A DNA stretch of 64,000 bases from Patescibacteria group bacterium (GCA_026004595.1 BPJL01000003.1:34984-98983); one strand, 5' to 3'. Positions 18,717 through 32,006 are shown, counted from the first letter of the stretch. A program made the numbers and translations. Notes: generated by a model from the sequence alone, not told the origin.

Positions 18717-20483
18717 TTACTTTGCCACTCTCAAAACTTCCTCGAGAGTGGTAATACCTTCTACAACACGTAAATAGCCGTCTTGGATTAGAGTAAGCAT
18801 TCCAAGTTTAATAGCCTCGTCATGAATAGCCTGGGTCGGCGCCCTCTCAATAACCAAACGCGCAATTTCATCAGTCATGTACAAAAGTTCAAATATTCCG
18901 ATCCTGCCTCTATACCCCGTGTTTCCGCACTTCGGGCATCCTTTTCCTCTTGAAAGCTTTACTTTGCTACTTTCTGAAAAAGCCTTAAGTTCTTTTGCTA
19001 TCTCCGGGTCGCGACCTAATAGAACTTTGTTGGTCTCAATTTCCTGCATCACCTTTTTTATACTATTTTGAATCTCTTCAGGCGGCTCGTATTCCTCCTT
19101 GCAATCCTGGCAAACTTTTCTCACCAACCTTTGGGCAAGTATTGCATTAACAGTTGAAGCAAGCAAGAAATTTTCAACACCCATATCCAAAAGCCTAGGC
19201 AAAGCTCCTGCCGCCGAATTAGTGTGCAGGGTGGATAAAACCAAGTGTCCGGTAAGGGCTGCATGAACTGCAAGTTCAGCAGTTTCACCATCACGAATCT
19301 CGCCAACCATAATAATGTTGGGGTCCTGCCTAAGAAAAGATCTCAACCCATCTGCAAATGTAAGTCCGGCCTGCGGGTTAACTTGTACTTGATTTACACC
19401 CGGCACCCGAATTTCCACCGGATCTTCAAGTGTGATTATATTGACACGCACCGTATTTAACTTGCTCAAAGCCGAAGCTAGGGTAACGGTTTTTCCTGAA
19501 CCGGTAGGTCCTGTAACCAAAAGCATCCCGTTTGGCTTCAACGACGCTTCCTCAAATTTCTTAAGTGTGGAGCCGCGCATTCCTAGGTCCCGGAAAGAAA
19601 AAACTGTTCCTTCCTCTTTAAGCAATCTAATAACAACTTTTTCTCCGTATATAGTAGGCAGAGTAGATATTCTCAAGTCTGTTTCATTCTTTCCAACCTG
19701 AACTTTGAAACGTCCATCTTGAGGGATTCTCTTTTCATCAATTCTTCATTGACGCCAAAATTTTTATCCTTGCCACAACAGAATCATGCATTTCTTTAGG
19801 TAATTTTCTCTTTTCTTCTAAAATACCATCTATTCTGTACCTCAATCGTGAAGATTCTTCTCCAGGCTCTATGTGAATATCAGAAGCTCCAGTCTTTACC
19901 GCGGTTTCTAAAATCATTGAAACAATTCTTGCAATTGGGGCATCTCTAATGGTTGCGTCCGTTATTTCACTTCCACTTTCTTCAATTTTTAGAGTCGTTT
20001 CCGTGATCTCTTGAAGAGCTGCAGAGATTTCCTCTCCAAGTTCCTTGCCTTTTTGCTCCTTCAAGTACTTTTTCAATCGTCTTCTCGGTGGTGATGTACG
20101 GAACAACCTCATATCCTGTCTTTCTTTCAATAAAGTCAATCGTCTGCAGATCCAAAGGATCCAGCATAGCCAAAGAAAGTCTGTTTTCTTTTAGCTCAAA
20201 GGGAACAAACTTGTACTTCTTGGCAACATTTAGGGGAACTAAATCCATTAGATTCGGATCCACCTGCTCAACAGTAAGGTTGATAAAGGGCACGTTGTAA
20301 ACCACACCTAGTGCTTCTGCAAAGTCTTCCTGCTTTACATACCCCCTGTCTTTTACTATTTGCTCAATGCTTTTTCCTGTATTAACATTTTCAAATTTTA
20401 TCGCTGAAAGCTGATCCGAGTTTATCAGCTTTTTTTTCATACAAGACATCTGCGACTGTTTTTAATGTATCTGCTTTTGGCAT
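18717..20483 (-). CDS. pilB: Assembly ATPase PilB/GspE; apparent frameshifts near 20435, 20110, 20050 and 19740
   Basis: N-terminal domain AMLDPLDL, ASDIHIEP, GPTGSGKT, LRQDPNIIMVGEIRD, two CxxC, GYRGRIGIFE. Confidence 0.92.
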
Positions 20484-20604
20484 AGGGCAGTTAGCTTCTA
20501 CTTAAATATGTTAGCAATTCGCGGCGACACAAGCAATAAAATAATGAAATTATTTCCGATCTCAACTTACCGCAGACTCGTTACATATAAAGTATAATAC
20601 CCTT

Positions 20605-21256
20605 ATGGGAAAAGCGGGGTACTCATCTACGGAGGTACTTTTAAAGATAGGGTAGAGATCTTGAGGAATCAGGGAATCGTTCATTTAGAAAACGTTTCGG
20701 ATCCCGACCTCATAATAATAGAAAAGGACAAAGAAAGAAAAAGCATTGGGATATCAGCTTCCAGAGAAAATAAAAAAATTCCTGCAGGAAAAACCGTTAA
20801 ACAAGAAGAAAAAGACGGTTGTCATTCTTTCAGCAGAACTCATGACACCCGAAGCTCAAAACGCGCTCCTCAAGATACTGGAAGAGCCTCCCTCCTATGC
20901 CGAGATTTTTCTTTTGGCTAAAACCGAGAATTCACTTTTGGACACGGTAACTTCAAGATGCATAAAGAAAAAAAGCAGAGGCGACGGAAAAGATATATTG
21001 GAGGTGACTACGAAATAAATGAAATTATAAGCAATGTCTCTAGGACAAAGACTTGATAAGGCAAAAGAAGTATCAGATCTGGAAAATGAAGAGATCATAG
21101 ATATGCTTGAAAGCTGGGTTATAGATTTAAGACTTAGCAGGCCCGACAATAAAAATCTATATAGAGTTAAAAAGATAGTAAACACCAAAAAAAATCCTTG
21201 AGGAAACAAACGTCAACAGGCGCTTGGCGATTGAGTCACTTTTGCTTGATTTATAG
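20605..21256 (+). CDS. holB: DNA polymerase III delta' subunit-like, short, frameshifted
   Basis: MTPEAQNALLKILEEPP and LLDTVTSRC clamp-loader motifs. Confidence 0.72.
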
Positions 21257-21316
21257 GCAAAAACTAGGCAACAAAGTATTGAACAAAACCTCCAACTGAT
21301 ATACAATCACGTGGTT

Positions 21317-23303
21317 ATGGCTAATAATTACGACGAATACAGTTCGGAACAGATCCAGGTTCTAGAGGGGTCTAGAACCTGTCAGAAAAAGACCTGGAAT
21401 GTATATCGGGTCCACAGGCCAAGAAGGGACTTCACCATCTCGTAACAGAGGTTGTAAATAACTCAATGGATGAGGCCATAGGAGGGTACGCCAACCACAT
21501 CAGACTTGAATTCACAGAATACGGCTCCTGCATAGTTTACGACAATGGAAGGGGAATTCCCTATGACATCAAGAAAGGCTACGGGATAAGCGCCCTAGAA
21601 CTGGCCTTCACCAAACTTCATGCCGGAGGAAAATTTGGCGGCGGCGGGTACAAAGTATCAAGCGGTTTGCATGGGGTCGGGGCGTCAGTAGTCAACGCTT
21701 TGTCAAAGTGGTGCAGAGTAGTGGTAAAAAGAGGAAATGAAACGGTTATACAGGAGTATGAAAACGGTGGGAATGTCATTAGACCGGTAGAAAAAATAGA
21801 TATCTCAAAGCCTGAAACGATATCAAAAATTAAGGGTGCGGGGTGGGGAATAGATTTTTAACAGTTGGAACTATGAAACTGGTACAATTGTTGGAATTTT
21901 TGCCCGATAATAAAATCTTTGAAACGGTTGACTTTGATTACAAGTTTTTTATCAATCAACTAAGGGAATACGCCTACCTTACTGCAGGAGTAAAATTTGA
22001 TCTCATTGATAGAAGGAGCGAACAAAAATATTTCCTTTTACTTTGAAGGCGGGGTAAAAGCATACCTAACAGCCCTAAACAGAAACAAAACCGTACTGAA
22101 TCCAAACATTTTCCATGTCAAAAAGGATTATGAAGATGTAACAGTTGAAGTCGCTCTTCAGTACAACGACTCTTTTACCGAAAACGTGATTACCTTTGCA
22201 AACCATCTTAAAAACTCCGAGGGGAGGTACGCATTTGACAGGTTTTAGAACCGCGCTCACCAAGTGCGTAAACGACTATGCAAGAAAAGCTGGGTACCTA
22301 AAGGACAAAGACCCCAACCTATCAGGGGATGACTTGAGAGAGGGTCTCACTGCAGTTATTTCTGTCTCCTTGGATTCAACGTCATTGCAGGTTTGAGGGT
22401 CAGACTAAAGCCAAACTAGGGAACACCAACGTAAAAATCGCAGTTGAAGCAGTAGTAAAAGATGCTTTAGAAACCTTTTTTAATGAGAACCCTAAAGATG
22501 CTCAAGCAATCATAGAAAAAAATATCTTGGCCTTTAAAGCAAGGATGGCGGCGAAGGCCGCAAGGGATACTGTCATAAGAAAAACTGCTTTGGAAGGCGG
22601 CGGGGTTCTACCAGGTAAACTCGCTGACTGCTCCAAAAAAGACGCCGATAAAACAGAGCTTTTCATCGTTGAGGGAGATTCTGCAGGGGGGTCAGCTAAA
22701 CAAGGAAGAAATAGAGTGTTTCAGGCCATATTACCAATATTTGGGAAGATTCTGAACACAGAAAGAGCTCGTTTGGACAAAATAGTTGATAGCGACAAGT
22801 TTAAAGCCTTAATTATCGCCATAGGAGCAGGGATAGGAGAGCAGTACAACCCCACCAAGATAAGATACGGAAAAATAATACTTATGGCTGATGCCGACGT
22901 TGACGGAATGCACATAGTTTCTCTTTACCTTACATTTTTTTATAGACACATGCCCGAATTGATAACCGGGGGGCATATTTACGTCGCCGTGCCGCCCCTG
23001 TACAAGGCAGTTTGGGGCAAGGAGAAAAAATATCTCTTTGACGACCGCGATAGGGAAGAGTTTCTGAAAACACCCGAGGGACAAAAAGCCATAATACAGA
23101 GATTTAAGGGTTTAGGAGAAATGAACGCAGACGAATTGTGGGAAACAACCATGAATCCGGAGACAAGAAGGCTAAAACAAATAAGCGTGGATGACGCGGC
23201 TAAGGCAGACGAAGTTTTCACAATGCTAATGGGGGAAGAAGTTGCGCCCAGAAAACGTTTCATTCAAACCCATGCCAGACAGGCAAATTTGGACATTACA
23301 TAA
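21317..23303 (+). CDS. gyrB: DNA gyrase subunit B; several apparent frameshifts
   Basis: [58 protein letters not shown]. Confidence 0.93.
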
Positions 23304-23387
23304 AACATCCGTCAAAAAACATAGGGTTTCGTCCTTGAAAAATGTTTATAATTTTTGTAAACATTCCATTTCTATCGGAGAGAGATC

Positions 23388-23675
23388 ATGGACAATCTTC
23401 AGGAAATTACTGAGTGCCGAATCGGTAACCCCCGCATAGTGAAGAGCAACCGTGAGCACACAAGCCATCTGGTTAGAATAGAAGTAGCCATAAAGAACGG
23501 TCCTCTGCAAAAAGAGCTTGTGTTTCACATAAATGTTCGAAAGGACGAGCGAGGGTGGCACCCCCATAACCCGACCCTAGAAAGAATCAAGGAAACCATA
23601 AAAGAAGAAGGGTTTGATCCTGACACTTTTAACTTAATCATCTTTAAGACGCAGGTCATGAACGCCGTTGAATAA
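23388..23675 (+). CDS. Hypothetical protein, 95 aa, stand-alone orphan
   Basis: TATAAT at 23347, SD GGAGAG, downstream terminator; no family recognised. Confidence 0.7.
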   Translation: MDNLQEITECRIGNPRIVKSNREHTSHLVRIEVAIKNGPLQKELVFHINVRKDERGWHPHNPTLERIKETIKEEGFDPDTFNLIIFKTQVMNAVE

Positions 23676-23690
23676 GCCTTTTCGCTCACC

Positions 23691-23726
23691 AGGCTCGAAA
23701 AGTCAATTTTCTTTTCGGGCCTTTTT
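23691..23726 (+). terminator. Intrinsic terminator
   Basis: AGGCTCGAAAAG-N8-CTTTTCGGGCCT followed by TTTT. Confidence 0.75.
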
Positions 23727-23790
23727 CTTCTGTTTCCAAACCTACAGAAATGACACCCCATTATATTTGATTATATTGGCAAAAAAAAGA

Positions 23791-23827
23791 TTGACAAACA
23801 AACACAACCGACATTAGAATTGGCGCC
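23791..23827 (+). promoter_or_regulatory. Leaderless-type promoter of hppA
   Basis: TTGACA-N18-TAGAAT, then 7 nt to ATG; no SD. Confidence 0.7.
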
Positions 23828-26048
23828 ATGATTGGATTAAAAGAATTTTCAATATTTGAAGTATCAAGTTTGCTTGGAGTTTTAGGAATAGCGGTGCTTG
23901 GACTGTTGTACGCACTTTATCTAAAACGCCAGATTTTAGCTATTGCTCTTCCTGAAGGAAAGATGAGAGAGGTGTGGAGCGGTATCAAAGAGGGTGCTGA
24001 AGCATACCTTGCGTCTCAATGGCGAATTATCCGAGTCATGATAGGAGTGTTAGTAGTGGTTCTTTTCCTAAGTGTCTGGATTGTACAACCTACTGCCGAA
24101 GCTGTAGAAGTATTTGGAAACAATGCAAGAACCATAATTGCTATAGGACGGGCGCTGGCATTTCTAGCCGGAGCAATATTTTCAGCAATGGTCGGACGAC
24201 TTGGCATGAGGATGGCCATTGACGCTTCAATAAGAGTTGCAACTCTCGCTTCTAAAGGAAAAGCTCCCGAGGCTTTAAAAACAGCCTATCGCGCGGGTAC
24301 CGTTACGGGAATGCTTACCGATGGTCTCGGTTTACTGGGAGGAACTTTAATTTTTATTTTATTCGGTAAAGCTGCCCCAGATGCATTGCTGGGATTTGGT
24401 TTTGGAGGAACGCTTTTAGCTCTGCTAATGAGGGTTGGGGGCGGAATATACACAAAAGCAGCCGATGTTGGAGCAGACCTCGTAGGAAAAGTTGAAGCCG
24501 GAATACCTGAAGATGATCCTAGAAATCCGGCTGTGGTGGCAGATTTGGTTGGAGACAATGTTGGAGACTGTGCAGGAATGGCCGCAGACATATTTGAAAG
24601 CTACGAGGTTACCATTGTATCATCGCTAATTCTAGGTCTAGCCTTAGCCTCAATCACAGGATCTGTAAAGTGGATAGTTTTTCCCCTCATAGTTCGTGGG
24701 ATAGGGGTATTAAGCTCAATTGTAGGCACTGCTTTCGTTAAGGGAAAGGCAGGAGAAAACCCACTGCACGCCATTAACCGGGGTTTTTACACCTCTGCAG
24801 CAATGTCTACAATTTTGTTCGCTGTGCTCGCACACTTCTATATGAATGAGTGGAGAGCTTTCTTTTCGGTCGTCATTGGAGTTATTCTTGCAATAATAAT
24901 AGATCATTTGACCGGTTATTTTACCGACTACACTCACGCTCCTGTTAAAAAGATTGCTGAACAGACAAAGAGTGGAGCTGCCACAACAATCCTTTCTGGA
25001 TTGTCTGTCGGAATGGAATCAAGCGTCTGGTCTATATTGGTAATTGCCCTTACGATTGTAGGAGCAATTGTCATTTATTCAGGGTTCCCCGCCGTATATG
25101 TCTTGTACGGTGTATCCTTGACAGGTATTGGAATGCTTACACTTACAGGCAACAATGTCGCAATGGATTCATTCGGTCCCATCTCTGATAATGCCGGAGG
25201 AATAGGTGAGATGTCAAAGATAGACCCCAAGGGACAAGCAATACTTGCTCGTCTTGATGCTGCAGGAAACACCACCAAGGCAATTACAAAAGGAGTTGCC
25301 ATAGGAAGTGCTGTTATTGCAGCTGTTTCTCTATTTGGTTCGTTTATCACCGATGTTGAAAAAGTCAGACCGGGAATCTTGTCCGGAGGAATTAGAGTAT
25401 CGGAGCCTCTCGTATTTGTAGGTTTGTTAATCGGAGGGGCACTACCCGATGTTGTTCAGCTCCCGCTTAATAGAAGCAGTGTCAAGAGCGGCCTCAGCCA
25501 TAATTGCTGATGTTAGAAGGCAGTTCAAGATACCGGGAATTATGGAAGGCACTAAAAAGCCTGATTATGCCAACACTGTTGCAATCTGCACCAAGTCCGC
25601 TCAAATGGAACTTATGCCCATAGCTCTGCTTGCCGTATTAAGCTCAGTGCTTGTGGGACTGCTCTTTGGAGTAGAAGCGCTCGGGGCATTTCTCGCAGGG
25701 CTGATTTTATCAGGCCAACTGCTTGCGGTTTTCATGGCCAACGCAGGAGGAGCCTGGGATAACGCCAAGAAATTTATTGAAGACGGAAACTTTGGAGGCA
25801 AAGGATCCGACGCTCATAAAGCTGGGGTAGTAGGAGATACGGTCGGCGATCCATTAAAAGATACTGCCGGTCCAGCCCTTAATCCCCTGCTTAAGGTAAT
25901 AAACCTAATTTCCGTTATCGTTGCCCCGCTATTGGTGGTAGATATAAATCCGCTAGTTAGATACAGTTTGGCATTGGCAATAATCGTCACATTGGCAAGA
26001 CTTATGTTCTTCACGAAAAAAACCGCTCTCAAAAGAGATTGTCGTTGA
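23828..26048 (+). CDS. hppA: Membrane-bound H+-translocating pyrophosphatase, K+-independent type; one frameshift near 25447
   Basis: GGGIYTKAADVGADLVGKVEAGIPEDDPRNP, DNVGDCAGMAAD, GNTTKA, GGAWDNAKK, GDTVGDPLKDTAGP. Confidence 0.95.
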
Positions 26049-26078
26049 GAGCTAAAAGATCTTGAATTTTTAGAATCT

Positions 26079-26109
26079 GAAAGCCGCGCTTAGCGCGGCT
26101 TTCTTCTTC
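26079..26109 (+). terminator. Intrinsic terminator after hppA
   Basis: Perfect 12-bp inverted repeat GAAAGCCGCGCT-T-AGCGCGGCTTTC then TTCTTC. Confidence 0.75.
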
Positions 26110-26191
26110 GCTGTTTGTAGGGCTTTTTTCCCTTTATTGCACTCAAAAACCAATGGAAAGACTTCTTAAAAAGTGTTAATATTGTTTAGTT

Positions 26192-28755
26192 ATGGCTGAT
26201 AAAGTCTCTCAGATAACAAAAGAGGAAGACCCTAATATTTTTAAAACTGACATTACTCAAGAAATGCAAAGCGCATATCTTGACTACGCTATGTCAGTCA
26301 TAGTCTCCAGGGCTCTTCCTGACGTAAGAGACGGTCTCAAACCGGTTCAGAGAAGAATAATATATGCAATGCAAGACCAGAACATGACGGCCGCAGGAAA
26401 ATTCCATAAATGCGCCGCGGTTGTGGGAGAAGTTCTTAAAAAGTACCACCCCCATGGAGATGTTTCCGTATACGACGCTCTTGTAAGAATGGGGCAAGAT
26501 TTCAATCTTAGGTACCCGTTAATATTTCCCCAAGGAAACTTCGGAAGCATAGATGGAGACCCTCCTGCGGCAATGAGGTATACAGAGTGTAAGCTCCAAA
26601 AAATTGCCGAAGAACTTTATTCCGACATTGATAAAGAAACAATAGACTTTGTAATGAATGATCTCCAAAATTACGAACCCTACCTATCTCCCAAGTCTTT
26701 TACCTAACTTACTTCTAAATGGGGCAACAGGCATAGCTGTGGGAATGGCAACCAACATTCCTCCTCACAACTTAACTGAAGTAATAGACGGAATTAATCT
26801 GCTCATAGAAAAAGCTATAGATATAGGAGAAAAGCCTGGAAAAGAGGATAAGGAAAAAATCGCCAAGTTGGCTTTTAGCTCATCTGCAAACGTAGAAGAT
26901 CTTGTTAAATTGATTAAAGGACCTGACTTTCCCACGGGAGGAACAATTTACGACCAAAAGGGAGATAATACAGATGTACGCAACGGGGAAGGGAAGGGTA
27001 GTGATGCGAGCCAAAATGGATATAGAAGAGGGAAGGGGCGATAAACTCAAACTGGTCATAACCGAAATCCCTTACATGATAAATAAATCCACACTTATCG
27101 CCAAAATTGCCGACCTAGTGAAAGACAAAAAAAATAGAGGGGGTTTCAGATCTTCGCGATGAGTCTAACAAACAAGGTATAAGAGTTGTCATAGAGCTGA
27201 AAAAGGAAGCCGTGGTCAAAAAAATTCAAAACCAGCTGTACAAATATACCCAACTTCAAAGCACTTTTAATGCGAACTTCGTGGCTTTGCTCGACAACGA
27301 ACCAAAACTCATGACCCTTAAAATGATTTTAGAGGAGTTTATCAAGCATAGACAGCAAATTGTTGTCAAAAGAACCATATTTTTACTCAGGAAAGCTCGC
27401 GAAAGAGAACATATCCTCCAAGGGCTTAAAATCGCTCTGGATAATCTTGATGCGGTCATCACCTTAATAAGAGGGAGTAAGGACGCGGACATAGCAAAAG
27501 AAGGGCTAATGAAAAAATTTGGCCTTTCCGAAATCCAAGCACAGGCAATACTAGACATGCAGTTGAGAAGACTTGCCGCACTGGAAAGACAGAAAATTGA
27601 GGATGAGCTAAAAGATATCATTGCAACAATAAAAGACTATGAAGATCTTGTTGCGTCCCCGACAAGAATAATTGAAACGGTACAAAAGGAACTTAACACT
27701 GTTAAAGAAAAATACGGAGATGCTAGAAAAACCATGGTTATAAAAGGAAAAGTAGGCGAGCTTTCAGACGAAGATCTTATTGTGGACGAACCCTGCATAG
27801 TATCAATAAGCAAAAGCGGATACATAAAAAGATTAAAAGAAGACACCTACAAGAAACAGGGCAGGGGAGGGAAAGGCGTGGTTGGCCAACAATTAAAAGA
27901 AGAGGACAGCATTGATACCATTAAAACCTGCTCAACTCACGACTGGGCTCTCTTTTTTCACAAACATAGGCAAAGTTTACAAAATGAGAGTGTGGGATAT
28001 ACCAGAATCCTCAAGAACGGCAAAAGGCACCCCCCTGGTCAATTTCCTTAGCATGTCTCAAAACGAGAGGGTGGAAGCCTTCCTTACGGTCACGGTTGCC
28101 GACATGGCGGAGGAAAGAGGTTTTGTTTTCTTTGTCACCGAAGGCGGAACCGTAAAAAGAACAGGAATGCCTGAATTTGCCAACATTAGATCCTCCGGGA
28201 TATTGGCCATAAAACTAGCCCAGGGTGACAATCTAGCTTTCGCAGGCCTAACCTACGGAGACGATGACATTCTTATCACAACCTTAATGGGCCAATCAAT
28301 AAGATTTCACGAAAATGAAGTGAGAGATATGGGAAGGGCGGCCGGCGGCGTTACGGGGATAAGGGCTAAGCAAAGGAAACGACAAGGTTGTGGGCTCGGT
28401 AATAATTCCCAAAAACGCCAAAAATGTTGATTTGCTTGTTGTTTCAGATAAAGGATTTGGAAAAAGAACAAGCACAACCGAGTATAAAACCCAGAGCAGA
28501 GCAGGATCAGGGATACTTACATACAAAGTAACTGAAAGGACAGGGCATCTGGTTAGCGCAAGAGCTGTTTCCACAGACAACGGATCTGACATACTTCTTG
28601 CTACCGCAAGCGGGAAAGTTCTTAGAATAAGCACAAAAAATGTGCCTGTTCTTGGCAGGGCAACTCAGGGGGTAAGGCTCATAAAACTTGACCCCGATGA
28701 CAGCTTAACATCCGCCGCCGTAATTGAAGAGGAGCTTGAAGAAACCGCAGAATAA
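26192..28755 (+). CDS. gyrA: DNA gyrase subunit A; several apparent frameshifts
   Basis: [30 protein letters not shown] (catalytic Tyr), [14 protein letters not shown], GyrA-box QGRGGKG, C-terminal beta-pinwheel repeats. Confidence 0.94.
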
Positions 28756-28769
28756 TCTATTCTGAAATT

Positions 28770-29456
28770 GTGAGATTTCCCGACAAACTTTCAAATTGAA
28801 AAAAATATACACACAACAAAAGGTTACCGGTATATTGCGGGGGTTGATGAGGTGGGCAGGGGGACCTCTTGCAGGCCCTTTGGTCGCAGCTGCCGTAATA
28901 TTGGACATTGAAAAGCTGCTGGAAATGGGGAAAGAAACTCTTATAAATAACGACGTTGAATGGGGGGAAATCAAATCGTACAAAAGCGTAACTGACAGCA
29001 AAATCATAACCGCACATCAACGCGAAAAATTAAGCATATTCCTACAAAAAGAGTGCATTTCGTACTCTATTGCAATTATCACTAATACGGAAATTGATGA
29101 AAGGGGAATGGGCAGGTGTGTTCCAGATGCTTTTGAAAGGGCAGTAGACAGCCTTAGTATAAAAACCCGATTTTGTAATAACCGATTTCATTAAAATCTC
29201 ATCCTTCAGCTCAGACAGACAATTGAACATTAGGGCAGGGGATTTAAGAAGTATTAGTGTTGCAGCGGCCTCAATAATAGCTAAGGTCTATCGGGACAAC
29301 ATAATGATTGAAGAAGACAAAAGATTTCCCGTGTACGGCTTTTCCTTTCATAAAGGGTATGGAACGAAAAGGCATTTAGAGGCTCTATCCACCCACGGCC
29401 CCTGCGAAATCCATAGAAAAAGCTTCAAACCTGTCAGCCAACTAGTTAATCCTTGA
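28770..29456 (+). CDS. rnhB: Ribonuclease HII, frameshifted
   Basis: AGVDEVGRGPLAGP across a frameshift, DSK, SVAAASIIAKVYRD, HKGYGT, HRKSF. Confidence 0.9.
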
Positions 29457-29488
29457 TACCACTGACCCCTTGAAGTAGCATAATAGTT

Positions 29489-30558
29489 GTGTACATAGAA
29501 GACATAAAGACAGCACTTAGTTTTGACGATGTTCTCCTGGTGCCACAGGCTTCGCCAATAGAATCAAGAGGGGACGTAGACCTGAGCGTCAAAATTTCAG
29601 ACAAACTCCAACTGTCCATTCCAATAATTTCAACTAACATGGATTCTGTAACAGGGGTGGAAATGGCGGTAACACTTTCAAAACTTGGGGGCATGGGCAT
29701 TCTTCCCCGATTCGATATACCCGAAATTCAAGCTCAAAAGATCGCCGAAGTTAAAAAATCGGGAGCTGTTGCGGCAGGTTCTTTGGGCTGTAAATATGGG
29801 TACAAGGAAACAGCCGAGCTTTTAGTATCGGCTGGAGCAGACGTTATTTTAATGGATGTGGCGCACGGCCACCTTGATAAATTTATTGAGGCCACAAGAT
29901 TTGTCGTTGAAAGGTATGCAAAAGCCGTGACAATCATCGCGGGCGTTGTAGCCACCTATGAAGGAGCTTGCGCACTTTTTGAGGCAGGTGCTCACTGCGT
30001 AAGAATTGGGGTTGGACCGGGATCAATTTGCACAACAAGAATTGTTACCGGACACGGAGTTCCCCAGATTACAGCCATAGCTGAGGGCGCCAAGGCCGCA
30101 AAAAAATTTGGAAAAACTATTATCGCCGACGGGGGCATGAGAAATTCCGGCGATATAGTCAAAGCTTTGGCCGCGGGTGCTTCCGCCGTAACATTAGGGT
30201 TTTTGCTTGCGGGAACAGATGAAACCCCCGGCGACATCATAGAAATTGAAGGTAAAAAATACAAGGAATACAACGGTTCAACATCATCAAAAGAAAAAAT
30301 TAGGCAGTTGAGCAAGTACCCCCCAAGACAAAAATGCTTCTTATACAATCCATACCGAAGGAGTAGAGGCTCTGGTTCCTTACAGAGGCCCTTTGGAAAA
30401 GGGTTGTAACAGAACTTCTCGCGGGGGTTAGATCTGGGTTTAGCTATTCTGGAGCCAGAAATATACAGGAGCTTTGGGAAAAGACCAAATTCATACGCAT
30501 TACACAGGCAGGAATGAGGGAAAGCAACGCTCATGATGTTATGCTACTAAACCGTTAG
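29489..30558 (+). CDS. IMP dehydrogenase/GMP reductase family, no CBS domains; frameshift near 30325
   Basis: [27 protein letters not shown] (catalytic Cys), IIADGG, C-terminal RESNAHDV. Confidence 0.88.
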
Positions 30559-30561
30559 GAA

Positions 30562-31602
30562 TTAACTGAGAGAGGTAATTCCTGCATCATCTGGGCCCTC
30601 TTTAAGATCTTCACCCAAGACCTCCGAAGCTGAAACATCTCCAATATCCTTGTGATACATTCTGTGAACATTTTTCAGCTGCCTATTTGTAATGTGCGTA
30701 TAAATTTGGGTGGTTGAAACGTTAGAATGGCCAAGAAGCTCTTGCACGCTCCTAAGGTCGGCTCCTTCCTTCAGCAGCCCGGTAGCGTAAGTATGCCTCA
30801 GAGTATGTGGGGTAGCGTCAATTGATATTCCGGCTTTCCCGACATATTTCTTAATCATCCTTTCAACACTTCTCACCGTCAGCCTCAAGGACTCGCCATC
30901 AAAATCATTGGGCTCCATGTGCTTTCCCGAATACCTGACAAACAAAGGTTTGAAATCGTCGCCTCTTATGCTCAAGTACTTTTTTATCCAACCCCTTGCC
31001 GCAGGCGATAAATACACCGTTCTTGCCTTACGCCCCTTCCCGATAACTGTAAACTCTCCCGAGGTTAGGTTAACATCGTCTCTATTTAGCTTAACCAACT
31101 CGCTAACTCTTAAACCCGTGCTGTACAAAGTTTCCAAAATCGCCCTATCCCTTATTCCCGATCTTTTGCTCAAATCCTGTCCTTCGAAAAGCCTTCTCAT
31201 CTGCTCTTCGTTCAACACTTTTGGAACGCGATCTTCGGCCTTGCCCAAAACAACCTGTTCGGGGGACATAACCTCAATCTGTTCTTCAACCACTAGATAC
31301 CTCAACAGGGCCCTCAAGGCAACTAAAAAAGTCTTCTGCGTTGACCTTTTAAACTCCATATTAGATTTGCTGCTAATTCTTCTGTTTAAATCCAATCTGT
31401 ATTTTTTTACATTTTCATCTGTAACATCAGCCAGCACCACATTGTCTTTTTTAAGAAAACTTCTAAGCCAATTCAGAAAATCATTGAGATAAAAGTGATA
31501 CATTTTAAGAGTGTTTTGCGAGAGGTTCTTTTCTATCTCACAGTACTCCAAATACTTCAAGATTACGTCAGAGAGATTTGATTCAAACGATACTTTGGCC
31601 AT
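30562..31602 (-). CDS. Xer-family tyrosine recombinase
   Basis: N-terminal SAM-like domain (LSQNTLKMY); catalytic set intact: STGLRVSE, GKG, HTLRH, LLGH, TTQIYTH. Confidence 0.95.
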   Translation of the reverse strand: MAKVSFESNLSDVILKYLEYCEIEKNLSQNTLKMYHFYLNDFLNWLRSFLKKDNVVLADVTDENVKKYRLDLNRRISSKSNMEFKRSTQKTFLVALRALLRYLVVEEQIEVMSPEQVVLGKAEDRVPKVLNEEQMRRLFEGQDLSKRSGIRDRAILETLYSTGLRVSELVKLNRDDVNLTSGEFTVIGKGRKARTVYLSPAARGWIKKYLSIRGDDFKPLFVRYSGKHMEPNDFDGESLRLTVRSVERMIKKYVGKAGISIDATPHTLRHTYATGLLKEGADLRSVQELLGHSNVSTTQIYTHITNRQLKNVHRMYHKDIGDVSASEVLGEDLKEGPDDAGITSLS

Positions 31603-31978
31603 CTTTTTTCAAAAAATTTATCCTGGGGCATTCTAGCGCGTCACCCTTCGTTTTTGTTTTCACTACAACCAAAGGTGGCATCGCATCTTATGAAATATGC
31701 CTAAATTTCATTAATATATACAAATTATAGTACATATAGAATAAATATCCCAAAAGTTGAGGGGCGGGTAGGGAACAAAATTAGTTTTTTAAGGCCGATT
31801 TTAGATGCGTGAAATTTTAGACTCGGGCCGCGATATATAGACAGAGTAAAGTAGAGTTAAAAAGAGGGAAGTAAAGTCTTATAAAAGAAATAAATAAGCA
31901 TATAAAGAAATGGTTACGCAAAAAAAATTTGATTGATACAAATGCCTGTTGAGTAGGCCGATTTTCGCAATACACAAC

Positions 31979-32006
31979 ACGTCGTATAATGTATGTTTAA
32001 CGACGT
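31979..32006. other. Candidate dif-like recombination site, 11-6-11
   Basis: ACGTCGTATAA-TGTATG-TTTAACGACGT; arms are 9/11 inverted repeats; shares ATAATGTAT core with E. coli dif and loxP; 377 bp upstream of the recombinase. Confidence 0.7.
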
